In this document: positions 62,813 through 64,000 of the stretch, one piece after another
Layout: each line of letters opens with the position of its first letter
How positions within the stretch are numbered: the first letter of the stretch is position 1
Assembly: GCA_028023455.1 (NCBI GenBank)
Contig: JAQFVV010000005.1
Span: 11,656,001-11,720,000 of the forward strand
Reading direction: 5' to 3'
From: Epiperipatus broadwayi
Taxonomy: Eukaryota; Animalia; Onychophora
Length of the DNA stretch: 64,000 nt
The notes under the pieces: model-generated
The model's database searches: none
The model's input: the letters and a program-made list of their open reading frames with translations, nothing else
Told to the model about the DNA's origin: nothing
Translations under genes and position numbers: made by a program

Positions 62813-64000
62813 GTGTGAAGTTGATAGTGATGAGGGGGCGTATTCAAATTTATGTTAATTATTTAGATGTTCATATGCATATATAAAAATATTTACATAT
62901 AATAAAATAGGTAATCGTATATATATGTGTGTGTGAAACAGCATACTTAAACTTGTAGAATATCACCATAATAAAACAATAAATTTATACATTTAATAAT
63001 AAATCTAAAAAGATAAATGTTTTATTAATATATTTCAGACTTTATTTTATCTTTATTATTAATTGATAAATAATTTTGATTTTAAAATAATTTGTTTATA
63101 ATGAAATATTCAGGGTTTAAAAATAAAGTCTATTTGATAGATGTAAGAATTTGTCAAGAAAGAGAAAATTCATCTATCAATTTTGCAACCTTTTAAAAAA
63201 AGTACATTTAAAATAATATTTCTTCTGCACAAAAATATGAGTAACTGAAAATGAAAAATAGTCTAAACATAACATTTTAAAAAATTTATTGATAGTTCAA
63301 GGCACAATAAATAAAGAATGGATTGTAGCATCATAATGTTTCATTGATTTCATAAATAATAACCAAAACAAGTTCATTTCAATTGAGAAATATAATAAAA
63401 CCATGATAGGGGATAAACTAATAAAATTTTATTTTGATTATTAGGCAGTCGATATAAATCTTAACTTTTTCCCAACTGCTTTGGGTAAGGTGGATAATAA
63501 TATGAATGAAGATTTAAAATACCTGGAAAAAAATATTAGACAAAGGCTTGATGAGAAAACAATTTAGTTAGAAATAAATATTATTTTTATATCCTTAATT
63601 AGTATTTAATTTATTTTCATGTTAAGTATTCAATGTTAAGTATTTATTAAAAGTGTATTTAGGGAGTAAAATCTAAGATTAAAACCATTTGATGATACTC
63701 CACTGTGGTGGTATAAATACATTTTATAAAGTTTTAATATTCATTATATGTTTATGCAATATAAATTTAAACAAATTTAGGTATCTTAATAGTGATGCTT
63801 CCTATATCAATCTATTTACTCATAAACTTTTCTCCATTATATATTGATTCCTGTTAAGAGAAATATTGAATTAATTATATGCTTCCAAATGATCCTGGCA
63901 TCAGCAGGTTCAAAGAAATAACAAATTTTATTCTTATATTTAAAAAAATACAGAAATATAGGCACGATTGTTTTAATTTCTGTTATTAAATTTACTTGTG

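Noticed and set aside
1-64000. CRISPR arrays, rRNA, bona fide tRNA genes, telomeric repeats, and the remaining 60-100-aa ORFs
   Set aside because: No regular repeat-spacer array or RNA-gene structure was seen; the short ORFs have the F/I/L/K/N/Y-rich composition expected by chance in AT-rich DNA.

Overview
This is a very AT-rich eukaryotic window, probably from an invertebrate animal; the species cannot be assigned from sequence alone. It has two intact-looking paralogous single-ORF C2H2 zinc-finger genes in convergent orientation (7694-8743 +, 46361-47617 -) and one decayed intronless TM9SF2-like copy (26571-28309 -). The rest is mostly transposon debris: Gypsy LTR pol/integrase, RTE and CR1/L2-like LINEs, a Buster/Charlie-type hAT, a complete 1-kb non-autonomous Helitron, a tRNA-derived SINE, and many Penelope-like element (PLE) fragments. 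The strongest hidden signal is a set of minimal type-I hammerhead ribozyme folds, found by eye in at least four repeat families. One lies just downstream of a recognisable PLE GIY-YIG endonuclease end. Each family has a different self-complementary helix III, and several have non-canonical cores (A3-U8 instead of C3-G8, an extra nucleotide after A9, or a missing N7) that a standard CUGANGA search would miss. CpG is strongly depleted except in about five AT-rich islands that look regulatory. All motif, fold and homology calls were made by eye; no searches or folding programs were run, and boundaries of decayed elements are approximate.
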